This document shows positions 20,375-27,562 of a stretch of DNA of 64,000 bases, piece by piece. The notes beneath the pieces are model-generated. The model did not search any database and was not told the origin of the DNA. It saw only the letters and a list, made by a program, of their open reading frames with translations. The first letter of the stretch is position 1. Each line of letters starts with the position of its first letter. The position numbers were made by a program, and so were the translations under genes. Source of the DNA: Minisyncoccota bacterium (GTDB lineage Bacteria; Patescibacteriota; Minisyncoccia; UBA6257; JAGOQP01); assembly GCA_041661795.1 (NCBI GenBank), contig JBAZTS010000003.1, forward strand, positions 3,939 through 67,938, written 5' to 3'.

Positions 20375-21286
20375 ATGACTGAAATTCAAAAATACGAAAA
20401 AGATTATTTAGATTATCTGGAAATAGAAAAAAACAGGTCGCCAAAAACCATAGAAAACTACAGGCGCTATCTTGATGAGTTTATAAAAGATGAAAAACTG
20501 AAATATTTAAAAGATTTAACCGTAGAAAGCGTCAAAAACTTTCGGCTCTTTTTGTCCAGAAAAGAAAGCGGACAAGATGGGTTTATTAAAAAAAATACCC
20601 AAAGCTATTATGTTATAGCTATTAGAAATTTTCTTAAGTATTTGGCCAGAAACAAAATAAAAACCGAAATATTATCCGAACAAATCGACCTTCCTAAAGT
20701 TTCCCAAAGACAGATAGAAATAATAGAATACGCCGATTTGGAAAGATTTTTAAAGGGTCCGGATGGAAATTCTCTAAAATCCCTTAGAGATAAAGCAATT
20801 TTGGAAACTCTTTTTTCTACCGGACTTCGTGTTTCAGAACTCTGTTCTCTTTCACGATATATTGATTTAAAAAGAGAGGAGATAACGGTTAGAGGAAAGG
20901 GGGATAAATTAAGAGTGGTTTTCCTTTCTCAAAGAGCCAAAGAGGCAATTGAAAAGTATTTAAACAAAAGAGGTGACGCCGACCAAGCGATGTTTGTTAG
21001 TTTAACTAAATCTAAAAATCCAAAGGTTATAGGAAAAATTTTACCAAGAACAGTTCAGCGTCTAGTAAAATTTTATGCCAAAAAAGCGGGAATCTTAGGA
21101 AAAGTAACACCCCATCAACTGCGTCATCAGTTTGCCACGGATCTTTTAATGAACGGGGCCGACATCCGCTCAGTGCAAGCGCTTTTGGGACACGCCAATA
21201 TTTCCACAACTCAAATTTACACTCACGTAACTAATAAAGAGTTAAAAGAAATCCACCACACCTTCCATGCCCGCAGGAGAAAATAA
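20375..21286 (+). CDS. xerC: Tyrosine recombinase XerC/XerD family
   Basis: N-terminal SAM-like core-binding domain. Catalytic region HQLRHQFATDLL ... LLGHANISTTQIYTHV. 303 aa. Confidence 0.8.
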   Translation: MTEIQKYEKDYLDYLEIEKNRSPKTIENYRRYLDEFIKDEKLKYLKDLTVESVKNFRLFLSRKESGQDGFIKKNTQSYYVIAIRNFLKYLARNKIKTEILSEQIDLPKVSQRQIEIIEYADLERFLKGPDGNSLKSLRDKAILETLFSTGLRVSELCSLSRYIDLKREEITVRGKGDKLRVVFLSQRAKEAIEKYLNKRGDADQAMFVSLTKSKNPKVIGKILPRTVQRLVKFYAKKAGILGKVTPHQLRHQFATDLLMNGADIRSVQALLGHANISTTQIYTHVTNKELKEIHHTFHARRRK

Positions 21287-21350
21287 TCGATAAAAATAAA
21301 TACGAATAGAAAAGATGGAGTTAAATAACAAATTTATATAGCAGTGTTTA

Positions 21351-21388
21351 CCTCTCTTATCGGCCGATCGTTCAATAAGAGAGATTAA
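21351..21388. repeat. 38-bp GC-cored hairpin repeat, copy 1
   Basis: CCTCTCTTATCGGCCGATCGTTCAATAAGAGAGATTAA: 9-bp stem CTCTCTTAT/ATAAGAGAG around the CGGCCGATCG loop. Repeated at 22053-22090. Confidence 0.75.
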
Positions 21389-21442
21389 AAACTAGAGTTA
21401 AAAACACAAGCCAAACATAAACCAAAAAGATAAGAATTAGAA

Positions 21443-22021
21443 CTAGGAGATTTGCTCCAAACTCCCGTGTTTGGTTATCTCAAATATTTCCACATAACTC
21501 AACATTTTTAGTCCCCTCAGGTCGTCCAGGAATTCTTCTGGTAATTTTGTTTTTCCTATCCAAACACTTTTTTGGATTAAATTAAAATCAAGATTTTTCA
21601 ATACTACCGACAACCATTTTCTTTTTTTCCTCTCTGCCTCCGGAACATCAAAAGCGACCACAGTTACTCTGTTATTTGGAGGTCCCTTTTTATATTTAGT
21701 TACGGGCAAAGAGATTTTTAATTTTATTCTTAATTTCCCCAACAAGATTTTACCCTTATTGGTTAATCTTAATTTGTCCCGATTTTTACTCTCTATCAAC
21801 CCGTCCCTTTTTAATCTATAAACCAAGTTATAAAATTTTTGCTTTTCTCCTTTTACAGCTTCCGCTTCGGCTTTTTTTGACAAAGTTTTATAATACGCTC
21901 TATCCATATCAGACAAAGAAGCTCCGTAACCAGCCTCAAGAAATGACTCTATTAAAAGTCCTACTGCCGTTACGCCGTTCTTTATTAACTCCAAAGCCTG
22001 TAACATTTTGTCCTCTTTCAT
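21443..22021 (-). CDS. wHTH regulator with C-terminal Cas2/VapD-like domain (PaaX-like architecture)
   Basis: N-terminal winged helix (YNLVYRLKRDGLIES). C-terminal VVAFDVPEAERKKRKWLSVVLKNLDFNLIQKSVWIG resembles the Cas2 core. No CRISPR array present. Confidence 0.4.
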   Translation of the reverse strand: MKEDKMLQALELIKNGVTAVGLLIESFLEAGYGASLSDMDRAYYKTLSKKAEAEAVKGEKQKFYNLVYRLKRDGLIESKNRDKLRLTNKGKILLGKLRIKLKISLPVTKYKKGPPNNRVTVVAFDVPEAERKKRKWLSVVLKNLDFNLIQKSVWIGKTKLPEEFLDDLRGLKMLSYVEIFEITKHGSLEQIS

Positions 22022-22052
22022 ATTTATTACTATTACATTTTTGTTACATTAT

Positions 22053-22090
22053 ACTCTTTTATCGGCCGATCGTCCAATAAGAGAGATTAA
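22053..22090. repeat. 38-bp GC-cored hairpin repeat, copy 2
   Basis: ACTCTTTTATCGGCCGATCGTCCAATAAGAGAGATTAA. Three mismatches to copy 1, same orientation. Confidence 0.75.
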
Positions 22091-22145
22091 GTTATAAGCA
22101 ATGGAATTGAAATTAAAGTCGGGTATTTTCCAAACAAAAATTTAG

Positions 22146-22226
22146 TGGGCAGGGAGGGACTTGAACCCTCAAACCTTGCGGCACTAGCTCCTAAAGCTAG
22201 CGTGTTTACCATTTCACCACCTGCCC
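22146..22226 (-). tRNA. tRNA-Leu (anticodon UAG)
   Basis: Cloverleaf folds on the minus strand: acceptor GGGCAGG/CCTGCCC, anticodon stem CTAGC/GCTAG with loop TTTAGGA, long variable arm, T-arm GAGGG-TTCAAGT-CCCTC. CCA is not encoded. Confidence 0.85.
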
Positions 22227-22306
22227 AGTAGTACTATAGTATTTTAAAATACGGATTTTTTCAATAATAAGAGAAAAAACACTAATAAAATAGCCATTGT
22301 TCCCTA

Positions 22307-22335
22307 TTTACAAACTCTTTGTAATATGCTATTAT
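22307..22335 (+). promoter_or_regulatory. Sigma-70-like promoter TTTACA-N17-TATTAT reading into the GC-rich island
   Basis: Followed by two leader hairpins, CGCCTTTGGAAAAGGCG (22365-22381) and ACCCCCACACCAAT-TCT-ATTGGTGTGGGGGT (22388-22418), before the ATG at 22491. Confidence 0.45.
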
Positions 22336-22490
22336 ATAGGGTAGAACTTATCAAACAACTTTCTCGCCTTTGGAAAAGGCGTGGGATTTACCCCCACACC
22401 AATTCTATTGGTGTGGGGGTTTATAGGGTGCTTTAAATGCAGTTAACAACAACTATCCCCGATTCTAATCGGGGAGGAAGGAAGTGGAAG

Positions 22491-23525
22491 ATGTCGACTT
22501 TGTTGTCCACACTGTTATTTGGTCTGGCTGGAGTGGCATTCCTGCTGTTTGTGGGAATCGCCATCTTCGTCAACGGCTGGAGAAAAGTTCCACCGTATCC
22601 GTTCATGGTCGCGAGGAAGAAGTTTAACCGCTTTATCGAGACGATGACGAACGATACAACAACAGGAGGATCAACTACGCCACGTTTCATTCTGAAGCCA
22701 GGAGGAGACCAGTTGTTTATCCTCTATCCGTGGTTCCAGAGTGGTGTGGTGGTGGATTGCTCTGACAAGAACTTCGACGGATCAGTGGACGGAGTCAGGG
22801 CTCTCAAGAAGACCGCAGAGGGAAAGTATGAGGTTGGATTCGATCTCTCCATTCCCTACGAGATCACGGTCTTCATCGACTCCAAGCGATTCGACAAGTT
22901 CGTCGAAGCATGTGGAGGCATCGAAGGGGACAATGTGACTGATGGACATTTTAAGAAGGTCGAGAAGATCCTCAACGGAATCATCACCGAACAGATGGTT
23001 TCCATCGCCGCGTCCATGAAGTCCACCACTCCAAAACCGGACGGGACAACAGACGAGGGAGTGATCTGGGAGGATTTCTACAAGCGCATCGCTGATATCG
23101 CCGACCAACTCATCCGACAGATCGCAGCCGCTGAGGCGGAAGGCGGCCTTGTGCACGACAGCGAAATCCAGAGCGTCCGGAGTGGCAAGGGGAAACTCCC
23201 GTTGAAGCGACTTGGCATCAAGATCAAGCGCTTCAATTTACAAGAACCCAAGCTTCCCAAGAGCATTTCAGACGCAATAGCAAAGAGGGAAGCCGAGGAG
23301 CGAGAGAAGGACGCGGAGAAGACAGAAATGGACGGAGTGATAGACCGAATCAACGACGCCAAGACAAAGACCGGTCTCTCGCCCGAACGCGCTATGGATC
23401 TTGTTCAGAGTGAGCGTGGCAAGGCACGGCGCATCGTTCACACCATCGATCAACAAGGAAAATCAAGTGGGAGTGGGTCAACTCCCGTCATTGTGATTCA
23501 AGAAACAACCGGAAAGGGGGAGTAA
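22491..23525 (+). CDS. SPFH/band-7 (flotillin-like) membrane protein
   Basis: Strong SD GGAGGAAGG before the ATG at 22491. N-terminal TM, SPFH-like core (ILKPGGDQLFILYPWFQSGVVVDCSD ... YEVGFDLSIPYEI), then a Glu/Ala-rich coiled-coil tail (AKREAEEREKDAEK). Confidence 0.5.
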   Translation: MSTLLSTLLFGLAGVAFLLFVGIAIFVNGWRKVPPYPFMVARKKFNRFIETMTNDTTTGGSTTPRFILKPGGDQLFILYPWFQSGVVVDCSDKNFDGSVDGVRALKKTAEGKYEVGFDLSIPYEITVFIDSKRFDKFVEACGGIEGDNVTDGHFKKVEKILNGIITEQMVSIAASMKSTTPKPDGTTDEGVIWEDFYKRIADIADQLIRQIAAAEAEGGLVHDSEIQSVRSGKGKLPLKRLGIKIKRFNLQEPKLPKSISDAIAKREAEEREKDAEKTEMDGVIDRINDAKTKTGLSPERAMDLVQSERGKARRIVHTIDQQGKSSGSGSTPVIVIQETTGKGE

Positions 23526-23526
23526 C

Positions 23527-24003
23527 ATGCCAAACAAGGACTCTCTCGAGAAAGCGTCTCCTCCTTGGACACCAAGAGCCAGAGGATGTTTTCTTTTCAT
23601 TTTCTTGTTTCTGACTGTCGTTGCCATCGCCGTCGTCTCATTCTGGCCCGAAGGCAACGGCGCCAAGACCGTCGAGGCGGTCAGGCAGATCCCAGTGGTC
23701 GCGGAGATCAGTCTGGGACAAACTAAACAAGTCGCAATCCAGCCTGGACACGTAGTAGCAGTTCGCTTCGTTCTCAACCCCGGCGAACCGCCCGGTGAGT
23801 GGGGTTACCGATGGCTTGAGAGAGAGGAAGGGTTGTGCGCAAGTGTGACCCTTTCCTCGGGTTTGGTGCCCCCATTTGTGGATTGCGCCAAGCCCATCAC
23901 CATCGTGCCCCTACCCAAAATCAGGACGACCACCCAAATGATCGTCCACAACACCAGTGAGAAAACAGCCAAACTGGAGTTCTTCCTGACAAGGCCGATT
24001 TAG
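23527..24003 (+). CDS. Small membrane-anchored protein, possible NfeD-like partner of the SPFH protein
   Basis: Single TM (CFLFIFLFLTVVAIAVVSFW) and a beta-rich soluble domain. Coupled to the upstream gene with a 1-bp gap. High GC. Confidence 0.35.
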   Translation: MPNKDSLEKASPPWTPRARGCFLFIFLFLTVVAIAVVSFWPEGNGAKTVEAVRQIPVVAEISLGQTKQVAIQPGHVVAVRFVLNPGEPPGEWGYRWLEREEGLCASVTLSSGLVPPFVDCAKPITIVPLPKIRTTTQMIVHNTSEKTAKLEFFLTRPI

Positions 24004-24030
24004 AGCACCCTAACGAACACAAAAAAAACA

Positions 24031-24068
24031 AAGACCCGACCGCTCACGCGATCGGGCTCTTTTGTTTT
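24031..24068 (+). terminator. Rho-independent terminator with GC-rich stem
   Basis: AAGACCCGACCGCTCACGCGATCGGGCTCTTTTGTTTT. Confidence 0.6.
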
Positions 24069-24084
24069 AACAAAACTTTTATTT

Positions 24085-24483
24085 TTATAAGAGGCCTCCA
24101 GTTCCTTTATTAAGAGATCCTTCAACAAATTTAACAATTCCCCAAGAGAGCAAAGCAACAACTATACCGATAACGGCATAGAGAAGCATACTCTTGGCTT
24201 TTTTGACTTTGGTGTCATCTCCACTGCTGGTAATAAAGTAGAAAGCGGCGATAAGAATAAACAGGACAGCGACTATAAACAGAATTGTATAGACCCACTG
24301 AACTATTTTAGTAAATATCGCTACCGCTCCACTAACAGTTGTTGGAGCTCCCGGATTGTTCACTATATTACAGGGAAGTGCTCCTGGCTGTCCACACGGA
24401 ATCGGAGCCGCAGAAACTAAAGAAGTACTCAAAATCCCAAATAAAGCCAACAAAAGAAGAGAGGAAATTAATTTTTTTGACAT
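24085..24483 (-). CDS. TrbC/VirB2-type T4SS pilin, paralog 1
   Basis: Signal peptide, Cys-containing variable region, then conserved core VQWVYTILFIVAVLFILIAAFYF...KVKKAKSMLLYAVIGIVVAL (two TM helices separated by a short basic loop). Confidence 0.6.
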   Translation of the reverse strand: MSKKLISSLLLLALFGILSTSLVSAAPIPCGQPGALPCNIVNNPGAPTTVSGAVAIFTKIVQWVYTILFIVAVLFILIAAFYFITSSGDDTKVKKAKSMLLYAVIGIVVALLSWGIVKFVEGSLNKGTGGLL

Positions 24484-24544
24484 AATTTATTTTCAATTTT
24501 TACGACCTTTTTACTTTAAATAATTATAACAAATTATTTTAAAA

Positions 24545-24979
24545 TTAGTAGTTACCACCAGATCTCAAGAAGTTGTCTATAATAATAGGAATACCGGCTC
24601 CTAAAATTGCAACAACAATAGCAATAACGGCATATTTTAATTGAGCTCTGGCAATTTTGACTTTAGCGTCATTACTCCCCCCTTGAATAAAGTTATAAGC
24701 GGAAAGCAATATAAAGAGAACAGCAACAATAAAGAATATAGTGTAAATCCAACGAATAATTCCAAAAACAACTTGCTTAGCAGACCAACTTCCGCCCGGC
24801 TGAGCACTCACACTATTAAGACCGGTTATCGGACTTCGTAATTTAGGATCACTCCCAAACGGATTTATAATTTCCTCTCTAGTTGGTGGAGTAGCAACAG
24901 CCGCCAAAACGAAACTATTTATAAAGAAAACATTGATAAACAAAAAGCTTAAAGATACTAAAACAAATTTTTTAATCAT
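24545..24979 (-). CDS. TrbC/VirB2-type T4SS pilin, paralog 2
   Basis: Core IRWIYTIFFIVAVLFILLSAYNF...KVKIARAQLKYAVIAIVVAIL. C-terminal IDNFLRSGGN shared with paralog 3. Confidence 0.6.
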   Translation of the reverse strand: MIKKFVLVSLSFLFINVFFINSFVLAAVATPPTREEIINPFGSDPKLRSPITGLNSVSAQPGGSWSAKQVVFGIIRWIYTIFFIVAVLFILLSAYNFIQGGSNDAKVKIARAQLKYAVIAIVVAILGAGIPIIIDNFLRSGGNY

Positions 24980-24994
24980 TTTTTATTTTTAATT

Positions 24995-25336
24995 TTAATT
25001 TCCCGACCTTAAGAAATTGTCTATAATAGCAGCCACGCCCGTAGAAATTAGAGCTATTACTATAGCAATAACCGCATATTTTAAACGAGCCACTCCTTCT
25101 TTCACTTTCTCTGGCCTACCTTCAGACATCAAAAACGTATAAGCCCCAAGAAGTATGAAAAGAATGGCTAATATGAAAAATATTGTATATGCCCATTTAA
25201 CAGCTTTCAAAAGCAGATTCTGAACACCTTGAAAATCTGTGACTATCGGTTCCAAAACAGGTTGGGCCAATACAGGATAAGATAACAAGGAAAATAAACT
25301 GAGTATTATAATAATGCTAAAAAGTGTTTTTTTCAT
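24995..25336 (-). CDS. TrbC/VirB2-type T4SS pilin, paralog 3
   Basis: Core VKWAYTIFFILAILFILLGAYTF...KVKEGVARLKYAVIAIVIALI...IDNFLRSGN. Confidence 0.6.
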   Translation of the reverse strand: MKKTLFSIIIILSLFSLLSYPVLAQPVLEPIVTDFQGVQNLLLKAVKWAYTIFFILAILFILLGAYTFLMSEGRPEKVKEGVARLKYAVIAIVIALISTGVAAIIDNFLRSGN

Positions 25337-25340
25337 ATAT

Positions 25341-25724
25341 TTATGGATTTGCCGGCTGATTGACTCCCAAAAATTCTTTTAGTAATAACACCAAACTGCT
25401 TGCCACTAATATAACGGCAAATCCTATAACGGCATTATATATAATCTTTTTGCCCTTATCAAACTTGGCCTGATTTCCTCCGGCAGTCAACATATTAAAT
25501 CCGCCAAATAAAACCATAAGAGTAAGAATAGGAACTGAAATTATAATAAGCCAATTAGTGGCTTTAGTTATTAAATCGGAAAAACTTTCCGTACCTAATG
25601 GGTTTTTAAGTTTTATGGACGTTTTGGGTTGCGGATCTGTGGGTCCAACAGGATCGGCAAATACCAACTTTTGAATAGGAAACAAAAAAAGTGCTAAAAA
25701 GATAGAATAAAATAACTTCTTCAT
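25341..25724 (-). CDS. TrbC/VirB2-type T4SS pilin, paralog 4 (diverged)
   Basis: Signal peptide and the same two-TM architecture (WLIIISVPILTLMVLFGGFNML...KFDKGKKIIYNAVIGFAVIL). Confidence 0.5.
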   Translation of the reverse strand: MKKLFYSIFLALFLFPIQKLVFADPVGPTDPQPKTSIKLKNPLGTESFSDLITKATNWLIIISVPILTLMVLFGGFNMLTAGGNQAKFDKGKKIIYNAVIGFAVILVASSLVLLLKEFLGVNQPANP

Positions 25725-25755
25725 AATTAAATTATAACAACATTATTTTATAAAA

Positions 25756-26232
25756 CTATCCCTTTATCCCCAGGAGGGTTATAAGAGTGTCCACTATTAA
25801 CCAAGCGGCGAATGTAATCAATAGAGCAATAATTACTCCTTGAGCCATACTCTTTCCTTTGGAAAATTTCCCTTCGTTGCCTTGGGCGGTCATCATCATA
25901 AATCCTCCCACCATTATCCAAATAACTCCCACCGGAACAGCCACACTAAAAACAGCAAACCAGATTATCTTATCAACCATCACCATAAAATGCTTAAAGG
26001 TGCATGGAACTAAAGTTGTTTTGGTTGTTGGGTCTTCGTTTCCACAAGGAACTAATGGAATTTTACCGTTCCTTGATTCGCATTTTATTCCGTCGGGTTC
26101 TTCGCTGTTACATGGAACAACAATAATTGGCGGAGAGTTTGGCTCCTGCGGTTGAGCAGAAACAAAACTCGTTGAAAAAATATTAAACAAGACCAACCCG
26201 AACAAAGTTAAATAAAATATTTTTTTTGGCAT
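25756..26232 (-). CDS. TrbC/VirB2-type T4SS pilin, paralog 5 (Cys-rich N-terminal region)
   Basis: Signal peptide, six Cys in the variable region, and a two-TM core (IIWFAVFSVAVPVGVIWIMVGGFMMM...KFSKGKSMAQGVIIALLITFAAWLIV). Confidence 0.5.
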   Translation of the reverse strand: MPKKIFYLTLFGLVLFNIFSTSFVSAQPQEPNSPPIIVVPCNSEEPDGIKCESRNGKIPLVPCGNEDPTTKTTLVPCTFKHFMVMVDKIIWFAVFSVAVPVGVIWIMVGGFMMMTAQGNEGKFSKGKSMAQGVIIALLITFAAWLIVDTLITLLGIKG

Positions 26233-26236
26233 GTTG

Positions 26237-27544
26237 TTAGAGACTATTTATTTCTTCTTGAGCAAACCTTAATCCCTGTTGTTTTGATATCTTACCAGAA
26301 AGAATGTCTGAAATCATATTTCCTAAAACTTTTTTAGCTCCCATAAAATCACGTCTCTGCCAAGTTTTGGCAATTAACGCTCCTCTTAAAAACGGCCCGT
26401 TTTCTCCGGAAATATTATCTTCTATCAATGATTTTAGAGCAGGCAACTTTCCCGACAAACTCATATATGTCGTAAGCACCGATTCTGTTGTGGTTAGGTG
26501 TTTAACAAAATCCCAAGACGCATAAACTTTAAGAGGAACAAGCTGAGACGAAACAGCAACGCCCCAATAATCCGCCACATTTGATTTTTGAGAGGCGCTG
26601 GCTCCCTTTATCTGAGGAAGATCTATAACTTCAAAATTAAGAAATGGGTTTTTGGCTTTAATTTTTGCAATATCGCTCTGATATCCAATTATCATTCCCA
26701 ACTTTCCCAGAGCAAATTCGCTTATATAATCCCCCAATCCTTCGTTCCAGGTGTAATAAGAATTAATCGGATCGGAAAATTGCATAAAGAAATCAAGTCC
26801 GTTTTGAGCATTAGCGTCAAAATAAACTCCCGACTGATTTTGATTTACAAAAGTTGAACCGGACTGAAACATAAGAGCGGTTAAAACATCGGTAGCCACA
26901 GATATGTTTTTATATGCCCCCAAAGCCGTTGCCGGAAGATTTATTTTTTTGTTGTCGCCAATTTCTCTTATTTTTATAATTAGCTCCGTAAATTCATCCC
27001 AAGTGGTTGGGAGGGATATAATTGATTTTGAATTAAAAATATCTTTGTTATAAAAAAGAGCCAAGGAATCCATATTCAAAGGCAGAGCTAAAACATTTCC
27101 GTTTAAAACAAAATCCTTGGAAACAACGCTGGGAAATAACTTGGAAACAGTTTGGGCTGAAATTATAGTAGATGGAGCGGCCGACATTTTACCCCAGTGC
27201 TCATAAGGCCAGGCGGCAGGAATCATAAAAATATCAGGGCCTCTTTTTTCGGCTAAGGCGTTGAAAAGCTCTTTTTGATAGCTTTCAAGAGAGTCAAATT
27301 CTTTATAAACTACCTCGACATTTTCGTGGATTGCTTTATATGAACTAAGGGCTTGTTCAAAATAACTTGTCTGATCACCAACGCCCCAAAAATCTATTTT
27401 GACCGAATCAGTTGGATAGTTTGGATCGCCCCCGGAGCCGCCACTGTTAAAGATAGGAATAACTCCTAAAACTCCCAAGATAATAATTATTACCAATAGC
27501 AAAACAGCTCCAATAATAATGATCTGGTTTTTTGTAAAAGACAT
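26237..27544 (-). CDS. ABC transporter extracellular solute-binding protein (family 1, sugar-type), membrane anchored
   Basis: N-terminal TM anchor and a MalE-like SBP fold. Directly upstream of the pilin array on the same strand. Confidence 0.6.
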   Translation of the reverse strand: MSFTKNQIIIIGAVLLLVIIIILGVLGVIPIFNSGGSGGDPNYPTDSVKIDFWGVGDQTSYFEQALSSYKAIHENVEVVYKEFDSLESYQKELFNALAEKRGPDIFMIPAAWPYEHWGKMSAAPSTIISAQTVSKLFPSVVSKDFVLNGNVLALPLNMDSLALFYNKDIFNSKSIISLPTTWDEFTELIIKIREIGDNKKINLPATALGAYKNISVATDVLTALMFQSGSTFVNQNQSGVYFDANAQNGLDFFMQFSDPINSYYTWNEGLGDYISEFALGKLGMIIGYQSDIAKIKAKNPFLNFEVIDLPQIKGASASQKSNVADYWGVAVSSQLVPLKVYASWDFVKHLTTTESVLTTYMSLSGKLPALKSLIEDNISGENGPFLRGALIAKTWQRRDFMGAKKVLGNMISDILSGKISKQQGLRFAQEEINSL

Positions 27545-27562
27545 ATTCTGATTATATCACAT

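Larger units (their letters stand above)
22437..24068 (+). mobile_element. Horizontally acquired GC-rich island (about 55-57% GC against about 34% in the flanks) next to tRNA-Leu
   Basis: Abrupt compositional shift seen directly. For example, 22741-22800 is 57% GC while 24541-24600 is 35% GC. Carries two genes and a GC-stem terminator. Confidence 0.6.

Noticed and set aside
21351-22090. The two 38-bp partially palindromic direct repeats next to a Cas2-like gene looked CRISPR-like.
   Set aside because: There are only two copies, about 700 bp apart, and they enclose a whole gene rather than 30-40 bp spacers. No further repeats or other cas genes are present, so this is not a CRISPR array.
22437-22490. 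ORF-track start MQLTTTIPDSNRGGRKWK for the SPFH-like gene.
   Set aside because: A strong GGAGGAAGG Shine-Dalgarno sits immediately before the ATG at 22491 (MSTLL...). The upstream extension overlaps the leader hairpins, so the start was moved to 22491.
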